From positions 136,006 through 200,005 of the forward strand of contig CAVOZP010000006.1 in the NCBI GenBank assembly GCA_963700995.1: a stretch of 64,000 nucleotides of DNA, read 5' to 3'. This DNA comes from an uncultured Acidimicrobiales bacterium (GTDB lineage: Bacteria > Actinomycetota > Acidimicrobiia > Acidimicrobiales > JAHEJN01). A program made the translations under genes and the position numbers. The notes below the pieces were generated by a model that did no database searches, was not told where the DNA came from, and worked only from the letters and a program-made list of their open reading frames with translations. Shown here piece after piece: positions 21,553 through 30,690 of the stretch (its first letter is position 1; each line of letters opens with the position of its first letter).

Positions 21553-22498
21553 GTGATCCTCCTGCTCGAGTCGGTCCACGTCGACGCGCTCCGGTTGCTC
21601 GAGGCTGCCGACCGCGTAGAGGCGGTCGACGACCTGGCGACCTTCGACCCGGGTATTGACCGACCGGGAATTCGGGCGATCGTGACTCGGGGCCGAGGTC
21701 GGGTGACGAGCGAGATGTTCGGGCTCCTCCCCGATCTGGTCGTGGTCGCTCGGTGTGGCGCCGGCCTCGACAACATCGACACGACCGCGGCAGCCCGCGG
21801 CAGGTGTGACGGTGGTGCACGCACCGGGCGTCACCACCCAAGCCGTCGCCGAACACGCCCTGATGCTCATGTTGTGCGCTGCCCGCCGGCTCGTCGAGGT
21901 CGACGCAGCGGTCAAGGCGGGCAACTGGGCGATCCGTGAGGGCTTCGAGGGAACAGAGCTGCGGAGCAAGCGCCTCGGGATCATCGGGCTCGGCGCCATC
22001 GGCGCACGCATCGCCGAATTCGGCAGGGTTCTGGGCATGGACGTCGTGTGCAGTACCCGCTCGGAACGCCGGGTCGACGTGGCTCGGGTCGAGCTGAGCG
22101 AGCTGCTCGCCACCTCCGACGTCGTGCAGCTCTGCGTGCCGTTGACCGACGTCACCAGGGCCATGATCGGTGCTGACGAGCTGGCGTCGATGAAGCCGAC
22201 TGCGGTGTTGGTGAACACCGCCCGGGCCGCGATCGTCGATCACCACGCGCTCGCCGTTGCGCTCGATCGCGGGGCACCGGGCGCGTACGCCACCGATCTG
22301 TGGGACCCCGAGCCTCCCGTCGTCGATGACCCGGTGCTCGCGCATCCGCGCACCGTGGTGACGCCCCACGTCGCCGGCCTCACCGATGTGACCTACCGAG
22401 AGCTCTGTGTCCGGCCCGTCGAGGCGGTCGTCGCCATCCTCGCCGGTCGCGAGCCCGACCCGAGCTCGATCTTCTCGCCTCCGGCCGCATCGATCTGA
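21553..22498 (+). CDS. D-isomer-specific 2-hydroxyacid dehydrogenase; frameshift near 21800
   Basis: GAGLDNID, AVAEHA, GIIGLGAIG, LVNTAR, TPHVAG. Confidence 0.88.
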
Positions 22499-22509
22499 CG
22501 ATGCGGCGG

Positions 22510-23319
22510 TCAGGCGACGCGGTTCACCAGCGTGCCGATGCCGTCGATGGAGATGGAGATGCGATCGCCCGAGCGAAGGGTGAACTCGCTCTCGGGGACG
22601 ATGCCGGCACCGGTCATGAGGTAGCACCCGTGGGGGAACGACATTTCCCGCGTCAGATACTCGACGAGCTCGTCGAAGGGCCGCTTGATCTGGGCGACCT
22701 CGGTCGAACCCTCGAAAACCGTCGAACCGGCCCGTTCGATTCGCATGGCGATGGCGGTGGTACCGGCGAGGGGAGCATCGGTGATCAACAGCTCGGGTCC
22801 GAGCGCCGCCGATCCGTCGTAGGTCTTGGCCTGCGGCAGATACAAGGGGTTCTCGCCTTCGATGTCACGACTGCTCATGTCGTTGCCGATCGTGTACCCG
22901 AAGACGTGACCTGATGTCGAGATGGCGAGGGTCAGCTCTGGTTCGGGCACGTTCCAGTGCGAATCGGCGCGGATCCTGACCAACCCATCGGGGCCGACGA
23001 CGCGGTGCGCGGTCGCCTTGAAGAAGATCTCGGGGCGGTCGGCGTCGTAGCACCGCTGGTAGACGTCGGCGCCGCCGGACGCGGCCGACTCCTCCATCCG
23101 GGCGGTACGGCTGACGTAGTAGGTCACGCCGGCCGCCCAGACCTCCTGGTTGAGGATGGGAGCGAGGGCGGCCATGGGATCGACGGTGCGACCCGCCGCA
23201 GAGTGGAGGTATTCGATGGGGTCCGGGTGTTCGAAGATGTCGTCCCATCCGATGTCGAGCAGCGAGTGCTCGCCGTCGCGAGCGAGCACCGGACCTTCGG
23301 CGGTGAGGCGAAGTTTCAC
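22510..23319 (-). CDS. FAH family protein, 2-keto-3-deoxy-pentonate dehydratase-like
   Basis: VWAAGVTY, RPEIFFKAT, VPEPEL, NDMSSRDIEGENPLYLPQAK. Confidence 0.85.
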   Translation of the reverse strand: MKLRLTAEGPVLARDGEHSLLDIGWDDIFEHPDPIEYLHSAAGRTVDPMAALAPILNQEVWAAGVTYYVSRTARMEESAASGGADVYQRCYDADRPEIFFKATAHRVVGPDGLVRIRADSHWNVPEPELTLAISTSGHVFGYTIGNDMSSRDIEGENPLYLPQAKTYDGSAALGPELLITDAPLAGTTAIAMRIERAGSTVFEGSTEVAQIKRPFDELVEYLTREMSFPHGCYLMTGAGIVPESEFTLRSGDRISISIDGIGTLVNRVA

Positions 23320-24171
23320 GCGGAGCCCCCAGCGAGTCGATCGAAGAAGACGAGGCTGTGCTCGATCCGACTCGACCAGGCCTCCCAGTCGTGGGCACCG
23401 GCGAAGGTGTGGGCCTCGTGCCCTACCCCGCGGCGGGTCAGCTCCTGGTGGAACATCTCGTTCGCCCCGGCCAGCGGATCCGAGGCGCCACAGTCGAGGT
23501 AGATCGGTGGGGGAGTCGACCGGCATCGATCAACGGCGGTGAGCAGGTCGCGCTCGACCGGATCGAGGCCGGCTTCGGTGGCGATGTCACCGGTCGTGAA
23601 TTGGGCCAGTTGGTCGAGGTGGGTGATGGCCGAATGCATGGCGATGCCCGCCACCCGGTCAGCGTGGCGCAGCCCGAGCCGTGCCGCACCGAAGCCCCCC
23701 ATGGAGTTGCCGCCGAGGAAGACCGGTGACGCCTCGGTGACTGCGTCGACGAACTCCCGCACCACGTCGACCACATCGTCGATGATCCATCGCTCGTAGT
23801 CACGGTCGGGATGAGCCAGATAGGCCGTCCCCTCGCCGCTCATGCCGTCGCTCGGCGTCACCAGCACCATCGGAGCCACCGACCCTGCCTCCACGAGTCG
23901 GTCGAGCGCGCGATGGGCACCGCCGGCCAGGAACCAGTTCCAGAAGCTGCCGTACACCCCGTGGAGCAAGACGACGATCGGCGCGCCCTCGGGAAGGGCC
24001 ACGGCCTGGGGAACGTGAATGCCGAGATCGCCACGGCCACCGATGGTCGCGCTCTGCACGGTGACGAAGGCCGAACCCGGGTCGAGGGTGCCGGGCGGCG
24101 ACGCCGCGCACCGTGCGGAAACGGGTGGGCCACGGGTTGGTCGGCCAGGGCTGAGGCAGCGCGAACGTCAA
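23316..24171 (-). CDS. Putative esterase (alpha/beta hydrolase); probable frameshift near 24105
   Basis: LLHGVYGS, GNSMGG, DCGASD, GAHDW; start inferred from a TTGA overlap, uncertain. Confidence 0.75.
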
Positions 24172-25461
24172 GGTGCGGGCACGACCGTCGGCGTGACTTC
24201 TGCGAGCGTGCCGGCCTTGATGATGCCTCCCTGCATGACGGCCCGGATGTTCTCGCGGTTCTCCAACCGGCTGATGTCGGCGAGTACATCGCCCTCGACG
24301 ATCAAGATGTCGGCCAGCTTGCCCGCCTCGAGGGTGCCGACCTCGTCGTCGGTCTCCATGATCTTGGCCCCGTTGCGGGTCGCGCAGACGATGGTGTCCA
24401 TCGGAGAGAACCCGACGTAGTCGACGAAGAAGCTCAGCTCCTTCGCGTAGTCGCCGTGCGGGTTCCAGGCAAAGCCGTAGTCGCCGCCCATGCCGAGAAT
24501 GCCACCGGCCTGGTGGATCATGCGGGCGCTCTCGGCGCCACCCTCGAGGGTCTCCTGGTGAGCGTCGACGACGGACTGCGACATGCCGAAGTCCGGCCCG
24601 CTGTGCACCGACGCGTACTCGAACTGGAGGGCCGGAACACAGGGGACGTTGCGCTCGAGCATCATGTCGAGGCACTCCTGGTCCATGAACGTGCCGTGCT
24701 CGATCGAGTCGTAGTCGGCAAGAAGGGCCATCTTGATTCCCTCGGTCGCCCGGCAGTGGCCGTACACCTTGCGGCGATGGTTGTGGGCCACCTGGGAGAC
24801 GGCCTGCATCTCCTCGAAGGTCATGGACAGCGTGTGGTGATCGTTGATGGCCGGCGCCGCGGCGTCGCCGGTTGGGTAGGTCTTGATCCAGTGGACGCCG
24901 TTCTTGACGAGTCTCCGTGCGGCCGATCGGGCCTGATCGGGACCGTCGACCACGAGGATGACGCCCTCCATGCCGATCTTGCGGAACTCGGGGTTCCAGT
25001 CCATCAGGCCGCCCGCACCGCAGATCTCCTGGCCGCCGGGTACGAACCGTGGCCCGAGGATCAGGTCGGAGTCGATGGCGGCAGTGAGGGCCACGTCGGT
25101 GTTGAACAGGCAACCGGCCGACCGGGCCGAGGTGTAGCCGCATTCGAGGGCCAGCACGCGAGTTGAACGCCGAGTGGAGGGCGACAGTCTCTGGTGGGTG
25201 GGCGATGTCGAGGTCCTCCAGGACCAGGATGTTGAAGTAGCTCGCATGCCAGTGCGCCTCGATGAGGCCGGGCATGACCGTGGCGCCGGTTGCGTCGAGG
25301 TGCTCGGCGTCGCCAGGAGTGGCCGGAGCGCCGTCGGCTCGGCCGGCGTAGGCGATGCGGCCGTCGACGAGCACCACGGTGGCATCGGGTATGGCGTCGT
25401 CGCCGGTGCCGCTGATCAGCGTGCCGTGCTCGATGACAGTCGTTCCCTTGGCGCTGCGCAT
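24168..25461 (-). CDS. Metal-dependent amidohydrolase; frameshift near 25160
   Basis: TVMPGLIEAHWH, GHCRA, IEHG, GGDYGFAW, GKLADILIVEGD. Confidence 0.85.
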
Positions 25462-25569
25462 GACTTCCCCCATTTGGTCTCGTCTGGCCTGCCGGCGCGC
25501 TCGCCGACTTGGATGGATGTTAGGCGGGCGACCAGGTCGCGGCCCAGGCGACGCGTGGTCATCTCTGGG

Positions 25570-25915
25570 GTGCCAGTTGGCCACGTACAGCAGTGCGGCC
25601 CGAGCACTGCTGATGAGCTCGGTCCGGGTGAGGCGGGGCAGGTACAGCAGGGCAACCAGACAGGTACCGATCACCGTGGCGATCGCGGCGGGGAGCAGAC
25701 GCCGCAGCCGTCGTCCGTCGAAGGCTCCGAAGCCGAAGTCGTCGAGGCCGCCGTGGAGCACGACCGAGGTCATCAGGAAGCCCGAGAGCACGAAGAACAC
25801 GTCGACACCGACGAAGCCGTTGGCCAGCCGGGTACCTGTGAGTGGGAGCCCACCACGAGCAGGACGGTGACGCACCGCACGCCGTCGAGCCGTGGCCGGT
25901 AGGCCCATGTCGTGG
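25570..25915 (-). pseudogene. Truncated acyltransferase-3 (OafA-like) N-terminal fragment
   Basis: YRPRLDGVR...VGSH, then in another frame GFVGVDVFFVLSGFLMT, RRLRRLLPA, LLYVANW; no room for the remaining helices before the next gene. Confidence 0.7.
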
Positions 25916-26028
25916 GAGTCACACGGTCACGGCAATCGATGGTGACCTTGGCCCCTGGCGCAGTCGATGGGGCCAGACGACAGTGGGGCCGACCCGGAGA
26001 AACGACGAAAGCCACGGGAGGTGCAGTC

Positions 26029-26961
26029 GTGCTCGTCGTGTTCACCCTGGCCATGGGCCTCGGTTTCCTGGGCATGGTGGTTGCCAGTCGACGGGCGGTC
26101 AATGCGGCCACCGAGTTGGCGGCCACCACCCAGATCCCACCGTTCTTCGTCGGTGCCACGCTCCTCGCGGTCGGCACCGACCTGCCCGAGATCGCCAACT
26201 CGATCGCGGCCTCGGTGACCGACAACGGCGACGTGAACGTCGGCGACTCCGTCGGGTCGGCGGCCACACAGCTCACGTTGATCCTCGGCATGCTTCCCCT
26301 GATCGCCGGCACCATCGCCGTCCCTCGCCGGGGAATCCTCACCACCGGCGTCGCGACGATTGCCTCGCTCGTCTTGTTGATCGCCCTGATGTGGGACGGT
26401 CACCTCGGCCGCCTCGACGGGCTCCTGCTCATCACCGGATGGGTCGTGGCCACCCGATTCATCTATTCCCGTACGGCGGTGAACCAGCAGCTCACCATGA
26501 CCGAGTCGAGTGCGCCGCGGCTCCGGTTGGCCGTGCGGGCCCTCGTTGCGTTGGTGGGCGTGGCCCTCGCGGCGATGTTGTCGGTGTGGGCCATCGTCGA
26601 ATGGGCTGAGTCCGTCGGCGCACCGCCGCTGCTCGTCGGCTTCTTCCTGGCGTCGATCGGCACGTCGATGCCGGAGCTGGTGTTCAACATCACTGCCCTG
26701 CGTCGTGGCGCGGTCGCGTTGGCGATCGGCGACATCTTCGGCGCGTCGTTCGCCGATTCGTCGCTGTCGGTCGGCGCCGGTCCCCTGATCGCCCCGACCG
26801 ACATCACGAGGGATCTGGCGATCGAGGTGACCGTCGTCGCGATCGTTGCCGTCCTCGCCGCGGTGGTGATGATGACGCGCGTCAAAGAGCACGACTGGCG
26901 AACCGGTCTGATCCTGTTGGCGGTCTACGGAGGGTTCTTCGCCGTGCTCCTGCTGGTCTAG
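26029..26961 (+). CDS. Sodium:calcium antiporter (YrbG-like)
   Basis: Two alpha repeats: AVGTDLPE...GDSVGS and SIGTSMPE...GDIFGA; GGGAGG RBS. Confidence 0.85.
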   Translation: MLVVFTLAMGLGFLGMVVASRRAVNAATELAATTQIPPFFVGATLLAVGTDLPEIANSIAASVTDNGDVNVGDSVGSAATQLTLILGMLPLIAGTIAVPRRGILTTGVATIASLVLLIALMWDGHLGRLDGLLLITGWVVATRFIYSRTAVNQQLTMTESSAPRLRLAVRALVALVGVALAAMLSVWAIVEWAESVGAPPLLVGFFLASIGTSMPELVFNITALRRGAVALAIGDIFGASFADSSLSVGAGPLIAPTDITRDLAIEVTVVAIVAVLAAVVMMTRVKEHDWRTGLILLAVYGGFFAVLLLV

Positions 26962-26970
26962 GCCGATGGT

Positions 26971-27513
26971 TCAGTCGACGACGGGGGCTTCGGCCCCCAG
27001 ACGGGTGGCGAGGTGCTCACCCCAGGCACGGGCTCGCTCGAGCTCGCCGGCGAGCAACGGGCCACCGCTGTCGGCGACCAGGAAGCTCATCGGATCGCCG
27101 GCCAGGGTGTAGCCATGACGCCGCAGTCGCTTGGCGATGCCCTTGGCTGCGGAGCCCGTTATCAGCGTCGGCTGGTCGATTCGGGTGTCGTAGGCCGCGG
27201 CTGTGGTGTCCCTTCCCTCGGGTAGCTGCTTCAGCCAGCTCCGCAGCCCCGGCGCGTTCGCCTTCTCGTCGAGATCGAGCCCGGGATCGGCGTCGGCCGC
27301 TTCCGCAGCTGCATGTCGGCTCGATTTCGAGCTCATGCCATGGACGTGGGTGGGGCCGCCGACCACCAGGAGATCGCCGTCGAAGGTCGACGGCGGAATC
27401 TGGTCGGTGCTCCCGACGACCACTTCGCCCACCCCGGTCAGGCCCGTGGCGATCTCGTCGGCCACGGCGTGGGTGTTCCCGTACATCGATTCGAAGACCA
27501 CGACGGCTCTCAT
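26971..27513 (-). CDS. Flavodoxin domain protein
   Basis: FESMYGNT, VGGPTH, AAYDTR, GELERARAWG. Confidence 0.88.
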   Translation of the reverse strand: MRAVVVFESMYGNTHAVADEIATGLTGVGEVVVGSTDQIPPSTFDGDLLVVGGPTHVHGMSSKSSRHAAAEAADADPGLDLDEKANAPGLRSWLKQLPEGRDTTAAAYDTRIDQPTLITGSAAKGIAKRLRRHGYTLAGDPMSFLVADSGGPLLAGELERARAWGEHLATRLGAEAPVVD

Positions 27514-27577
27514 GACGGCTCCTCTTGCTGCGTCGACTCCGTGGCTTCAGCCTGATGCGCTCGGCGGGGTCGGTGCC

Positions 27578-27630
27578 AGGGTCGAAGGACCCCTCAGTTT
27601 GCGGTTTCGGAGGCAGGGACCAACGTCCCT
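27578..27630. promoter_or_regulatory. Two DosR-like palindromic boxes in a divergent promoter
   Basis: GGGTC-GAAG-GACCC (27579-27592) and AGGGAC-CAAC-GTCCCT (27615-27630) match the GGGAC-N4-GTCCC core. Confidence 0.65.
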
Positions 27631-27705
27631 ACCGTGGCCTGCGGCTCGGCGCGAGGGTCGAGGCACGGTCGCCGTCAGATCGGCGCCGCTGAGAAGGGAT
27701 GAACC

Positions 27706-28074
27706 ATGCGCAGCATCATCGACGTGATGACCGGCTCTCCGATGACGGCGGCTCGGACCGACTCCATAGGCGCACTCCGTGACGCGATGGCGCACTCGGG
27801 CGTGCACTGCATTCCCGTGACCGACCCCGGCGGTCATCCGGTCGGCATCGTGAGCTCGTTCGATCTCGTGGAACTCAACTCGGACTCGAGTCCCGTCGAG
27901 GACCTCATGACCAAGAAGGTCTTCACCATCGGTGCCCATCAGAGCATTCCCGAAGCCGCGACCATGATGCGCACGCACTTCGTCCACCATCTCGTCGTGG
28001 TCGACGTGGCCAACGAGGTCGTGGGTGTCGTGAGCTCTCTCGACCTGCTCGAGGACCTGCTCGACATCGATTGA
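27706..28074 (+). CDS. CBS domain protein
   Basis: Two CBS repeats (IPVTD...VGIVSSFDL; LVVVD...VGVVSSLDL). Confidence 0.88.
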   Translation: MRSIIDVMTGSPMTAARTDSIGALRDAMAHSGVHCIPVTDPGGHPVGIVSSFDLVELNSDSSPVEDLMTKKVFTIGAHQSIPEAATMMRTHFVHHLVVVDVANEVVGVVSSLDLLEDLLDID

Positions 28075-28103
28075 GTCGGCAGGGCCTGATCTGCGGGCTC
28101 GAG

Positions 28104-28333
28104 TCAGGCGTGGGGGTAGTCGTCGGCGAGGGCCGTGTCGGCCTCGACGATCTCGTCGAGCGGTTTTCCCGAGAGTTCATCGAGCTCGGCTCGCGCTCCG
28201 GAACGCGCTCGGTCCACTCGTCGGCGAAGGCCTCGGCCGTTTCGAGATCGTCGAACAGGCCGACATGGACCATCTCGCCACTCTCGAAGATACGCACCTC
28301 GATGCGAGGTGTGCGTTCACGGTCGCTCAACAT
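28104..28333 (-). CDS. Small acidic hypothetical protein; probable frameshift near 28200
   Basis: GAGGAG RBS, high-GC codon pattern, plausible continuation to ...DDYPHA* in the adjacent frame. Confidence 0.5.
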
Positions 28334-28399
28334 GGCGGTTTCTCCTCGTTCTCGGCCGATCCTTCATTCGAAGTGTCCCGGATCGGTGGCGGCTCACCT

Positions 28400-28448
28400 A
28401 GGGCCATTCGACCTCAGTTCGGCCCGTCACGAGATGACCTTCGCCTCT
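28400..28448. promoter_or_regulatory. Degenerate DosR-like boxes
   Basis: GGGCC-ATTC-GACCT (28401-28414) and ATGAC-CTTC-GCCTC near 28434, upstream of the PRTase fusion gene. Confidence 0.4.
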
Positions 28449-28512
28449 TCGCCGGCCGTGAGCCGGTCCCCATGGTGGAAACTGCAAGGACTGCAGGAGA
28501 CGGGAGTAGGTC

Positions 28513-29841
28513 ATGAAGGTCTTCGTCGACCGCCGAGAGGCCGGCCGCGAGCTGGCCGAACGACTCCGGAGCTTCGCGGCCGACGCCAACGCGGTGGTGG
28601 TGGGGCTGCCTCGAGGCGGCGTGCCGGTCGCCGATGAGGTCGCCCGTTCTCTGGCGGTGCCATTGGACGTGATCGTGGTCCGCAAGCTGGGTGCGCCGGG
28701 CAACCCCGAGCTGGCGATGGGAGCCATCGGCGAGGACGGCGTTCGTGTCCTCAACCAGATCGTGATCGGCCAGATGGGAGTGACCTCCGCCGAGATCGAT
28801 CAGGTCGAGACGCGCGAAGCGCATCGAGCTCGAACGCCGGGCTCAACGTTTCCGGCAGGGTCGGCCGCGGGTCCCGCTGTCGGGCCGCACGGTGATTCTG
28901 GTGGACGATGGCGTGGCGACCGGCTCGACCATGCGTGCTGCGTGTGCGGTTGCCCGCGCCGAGAGCGCCAAACGCGTCGTCGTGGCCGTACCGGTGGCCC
29001 CTGTGGGCTGGGTCGACCGCTTCGACCGCATCGCCGACCAGTGCGTCAGCGTGGCGACCCCGGAGCGCTTCATGGCCGTGGGCCAGTGGTATCGCAACTT
29101 CGACCAGACCACCGACGACGAGGTGATCGAGTGTCTCCGCCGCAGCGCAAGGGTGCCCGACGCCGATGCAGCCACGGTACGAGACGAGGCCGTCGAGATC
29201 CGACTCGACGGCCTCGTGCTCAACGGACAGCTCACGGTGCCGCCCGACTGCAACGGTTTGGTGGTGTTCGTGCACGGGTCCGGCAGCAGCCGGCTCAGCC
29301 CCCGCAACCGTTTCGTGGCGTCCGAGCTGAACACAGCCGGGATGGCCACGTTGCTCTTCGACCTCCTCACCGGGGCCGAGGAGCACGATCGGGCCAACGT
29401 CTTCGACATCGAGCTGCTGGTCCGACGGCTCCTCGCCGTCACTTCCTGGGTCAAGCACCAGCCCGAGCTCACCGCGCTACCCGTCGGGTACTTCGGGGCG
29501 AGCACCGGCGCGCGGCGGCCGCTCTGCGAGCCGCGGCCGCGGCCGGCTCGGCGATCTCGGCGGTCGTCTCGCGTGGCGGGCGTCCGGATCTCGCGCTCGA
29601 GTGGCTGGCGGCCGTGCGGTCGCCGACCCTTCTGATCGTCGGCAGCAGGGACACGACGGTGCTCGATCTGAATCGCCGCGCGGCTGATCACCTGCACTGC
29701 GAGAAGAGCCTCCGCATCGTCGACGGCGCCACCCACCTGTTCGAGGAGCCCGGCACGCTTCGTGCCGCAGCCGAGCTGGCCCGCGACTGGTTCGTCGAGC
29801 ACTTCGGCCAGGCCCGGCTCGAGACGCCTTCGTCGTCCTAG
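28513..29841 (+). CDS. Phosphoribosyltransferase fused to dienelactone-hydrolase-like domain (Rv0571c-like); two compensating frameshifts
   Basis: FVDRREAG, GLPRGGVPVA, ILVDDGVATG, HGSGSSRLSPRN, GYFGASTG, SRGGRPDLA, ATHLFEEPG. Confidence 0.88.
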   Translation: MKVFVDRREAGRELAERLRSFAADANAVVVGLPRGGVPVADEVARSLAVPLDVIVVRKLGAPGNPELAMGAIGEDGVRVLNQIVIGQMGVTSAEIDQVETREAHRARTPGSTFPAGSAAGPAVGPHGDSGGRWRGDRLDHACCVCGCPRRERQTRRRGRTGGPCGLGRPLRPHRRPVRQRGDPGALHGRGPVVSQLRPDHRRRGDRVSPPQRKGARRRCSHGTRRGRRDPTRRPRAQRTAHGAARLQRFGGVRARVRQQPAQPPQPFRGVRAEHSRDGHVALRPPHRGRGARSGQRLRHRAAGPTAPRRHFLGQAPARAHRATRRVLRGEHRRAAAALRAAAAAGSAISAVVSRGGRPDLALEWLAAVRSPTLLIVGSRDTTVLDLNRRAADHLHCEKSLRIVDGATHLFEEPGTLRAAAELARDWFVEHFGQARLETPSSS

Positions 29842-29850
29842 ACGGCCCGC

Positions 29851-30588
29851 TCAGCTGACAGCGCGGACCACGAGGGCGACAGCCGACACCGAGAGCACGG
29901 CAAGGACGGCCCGATCGAACGCTTCGCCGCTCATGCGCCTCCGCAACGCGCCACCGAAGGGCACCATGGCGAAGGCCGGGATGAACGTGAGTGCCGCCTG
30001 GGGACCGAGATCGAACAGCCGACCGTCGGCCACGAACACTGTGAGCTGGGCAAGCCCGGTGATGGTGAACAGCAGGGTGACCGCGAAGATGTGCGCGCCC
30101 GGGGCGAGTCGATAGGCGTGGATCCACGTGACGACGATCGGTCCCGAGATTCCGGTGCTTCCCAGCGACACACCGGCGCCGAAACCGACGACAGGTGACC
30201 ACTTGGCCGACGCCGCCGAACCGACCTTGATGTCTGGTGCCGTCAGAAACCGCACCACGTAGGCCAGCACCATCGTCGCGAGCGCGGCCATCACGACCCG
30301 CTCGGGCAGGGCGGCGAGCAGGAACGCACCGAGTACCGCACCCATGATCCCGAAGAGCGCAAGTCGGCCGAGATCCCGGGTTTCGTGGCGATGCGCTCGC
30401 TCGCGCCAGGCCAGCCATGCGTTCAACGCGACCGTCGGCGCGGCGATGACCACCACCGCGTCCTCCACCGACACGAACAGCGCCATGATCGGCACCGCGA
30501 TGATCGGCATGCCCATGCCCGTGACGGACTTCACCAGCGACCCGGTGAGGATTGCGAGCACCACGATGACGACCTCGGTGGTGGTCAC
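29851..30588 (-). CDS. Sulfite exporter TauE/SafE family membrane protein
   Basis: VKSVTGMG, GSTGISGP, about 8 hydrophobic helices. Confidence 0.8.
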   Translation of the reverse strand: MTTTEVVIVVLAILTGSLVKSVTGMGMPIIAVPIMALFVSVEDAVVVIAAPTVALNAWLAWRERAHRHETRDLGRLALFGIMGAVLGAFLLAALPERVVMAALATMVLAYVVRFLTAPDIKVGSAASAKWSPVVGFGAGVSLGSTGISGPIVVTWIHAYRLAPGAHIFAVTLLFTITGLAQLTVFVADGRLFDLGPQAALTFIPAFAMVPFGGALRRRMSGEAFDRAVLAVLSVSAVALVVRAVS

Positions 30589-30690
30589 CGCCCGTAGGTC
30601 GCGGGAGTTGCCATTGGCGCAGTGGAACACGGGCGGTTACGGGGGGCAAGTCGGTTGGCGGGGCTGCGACGCCGCGGTCAGACTGAACCC

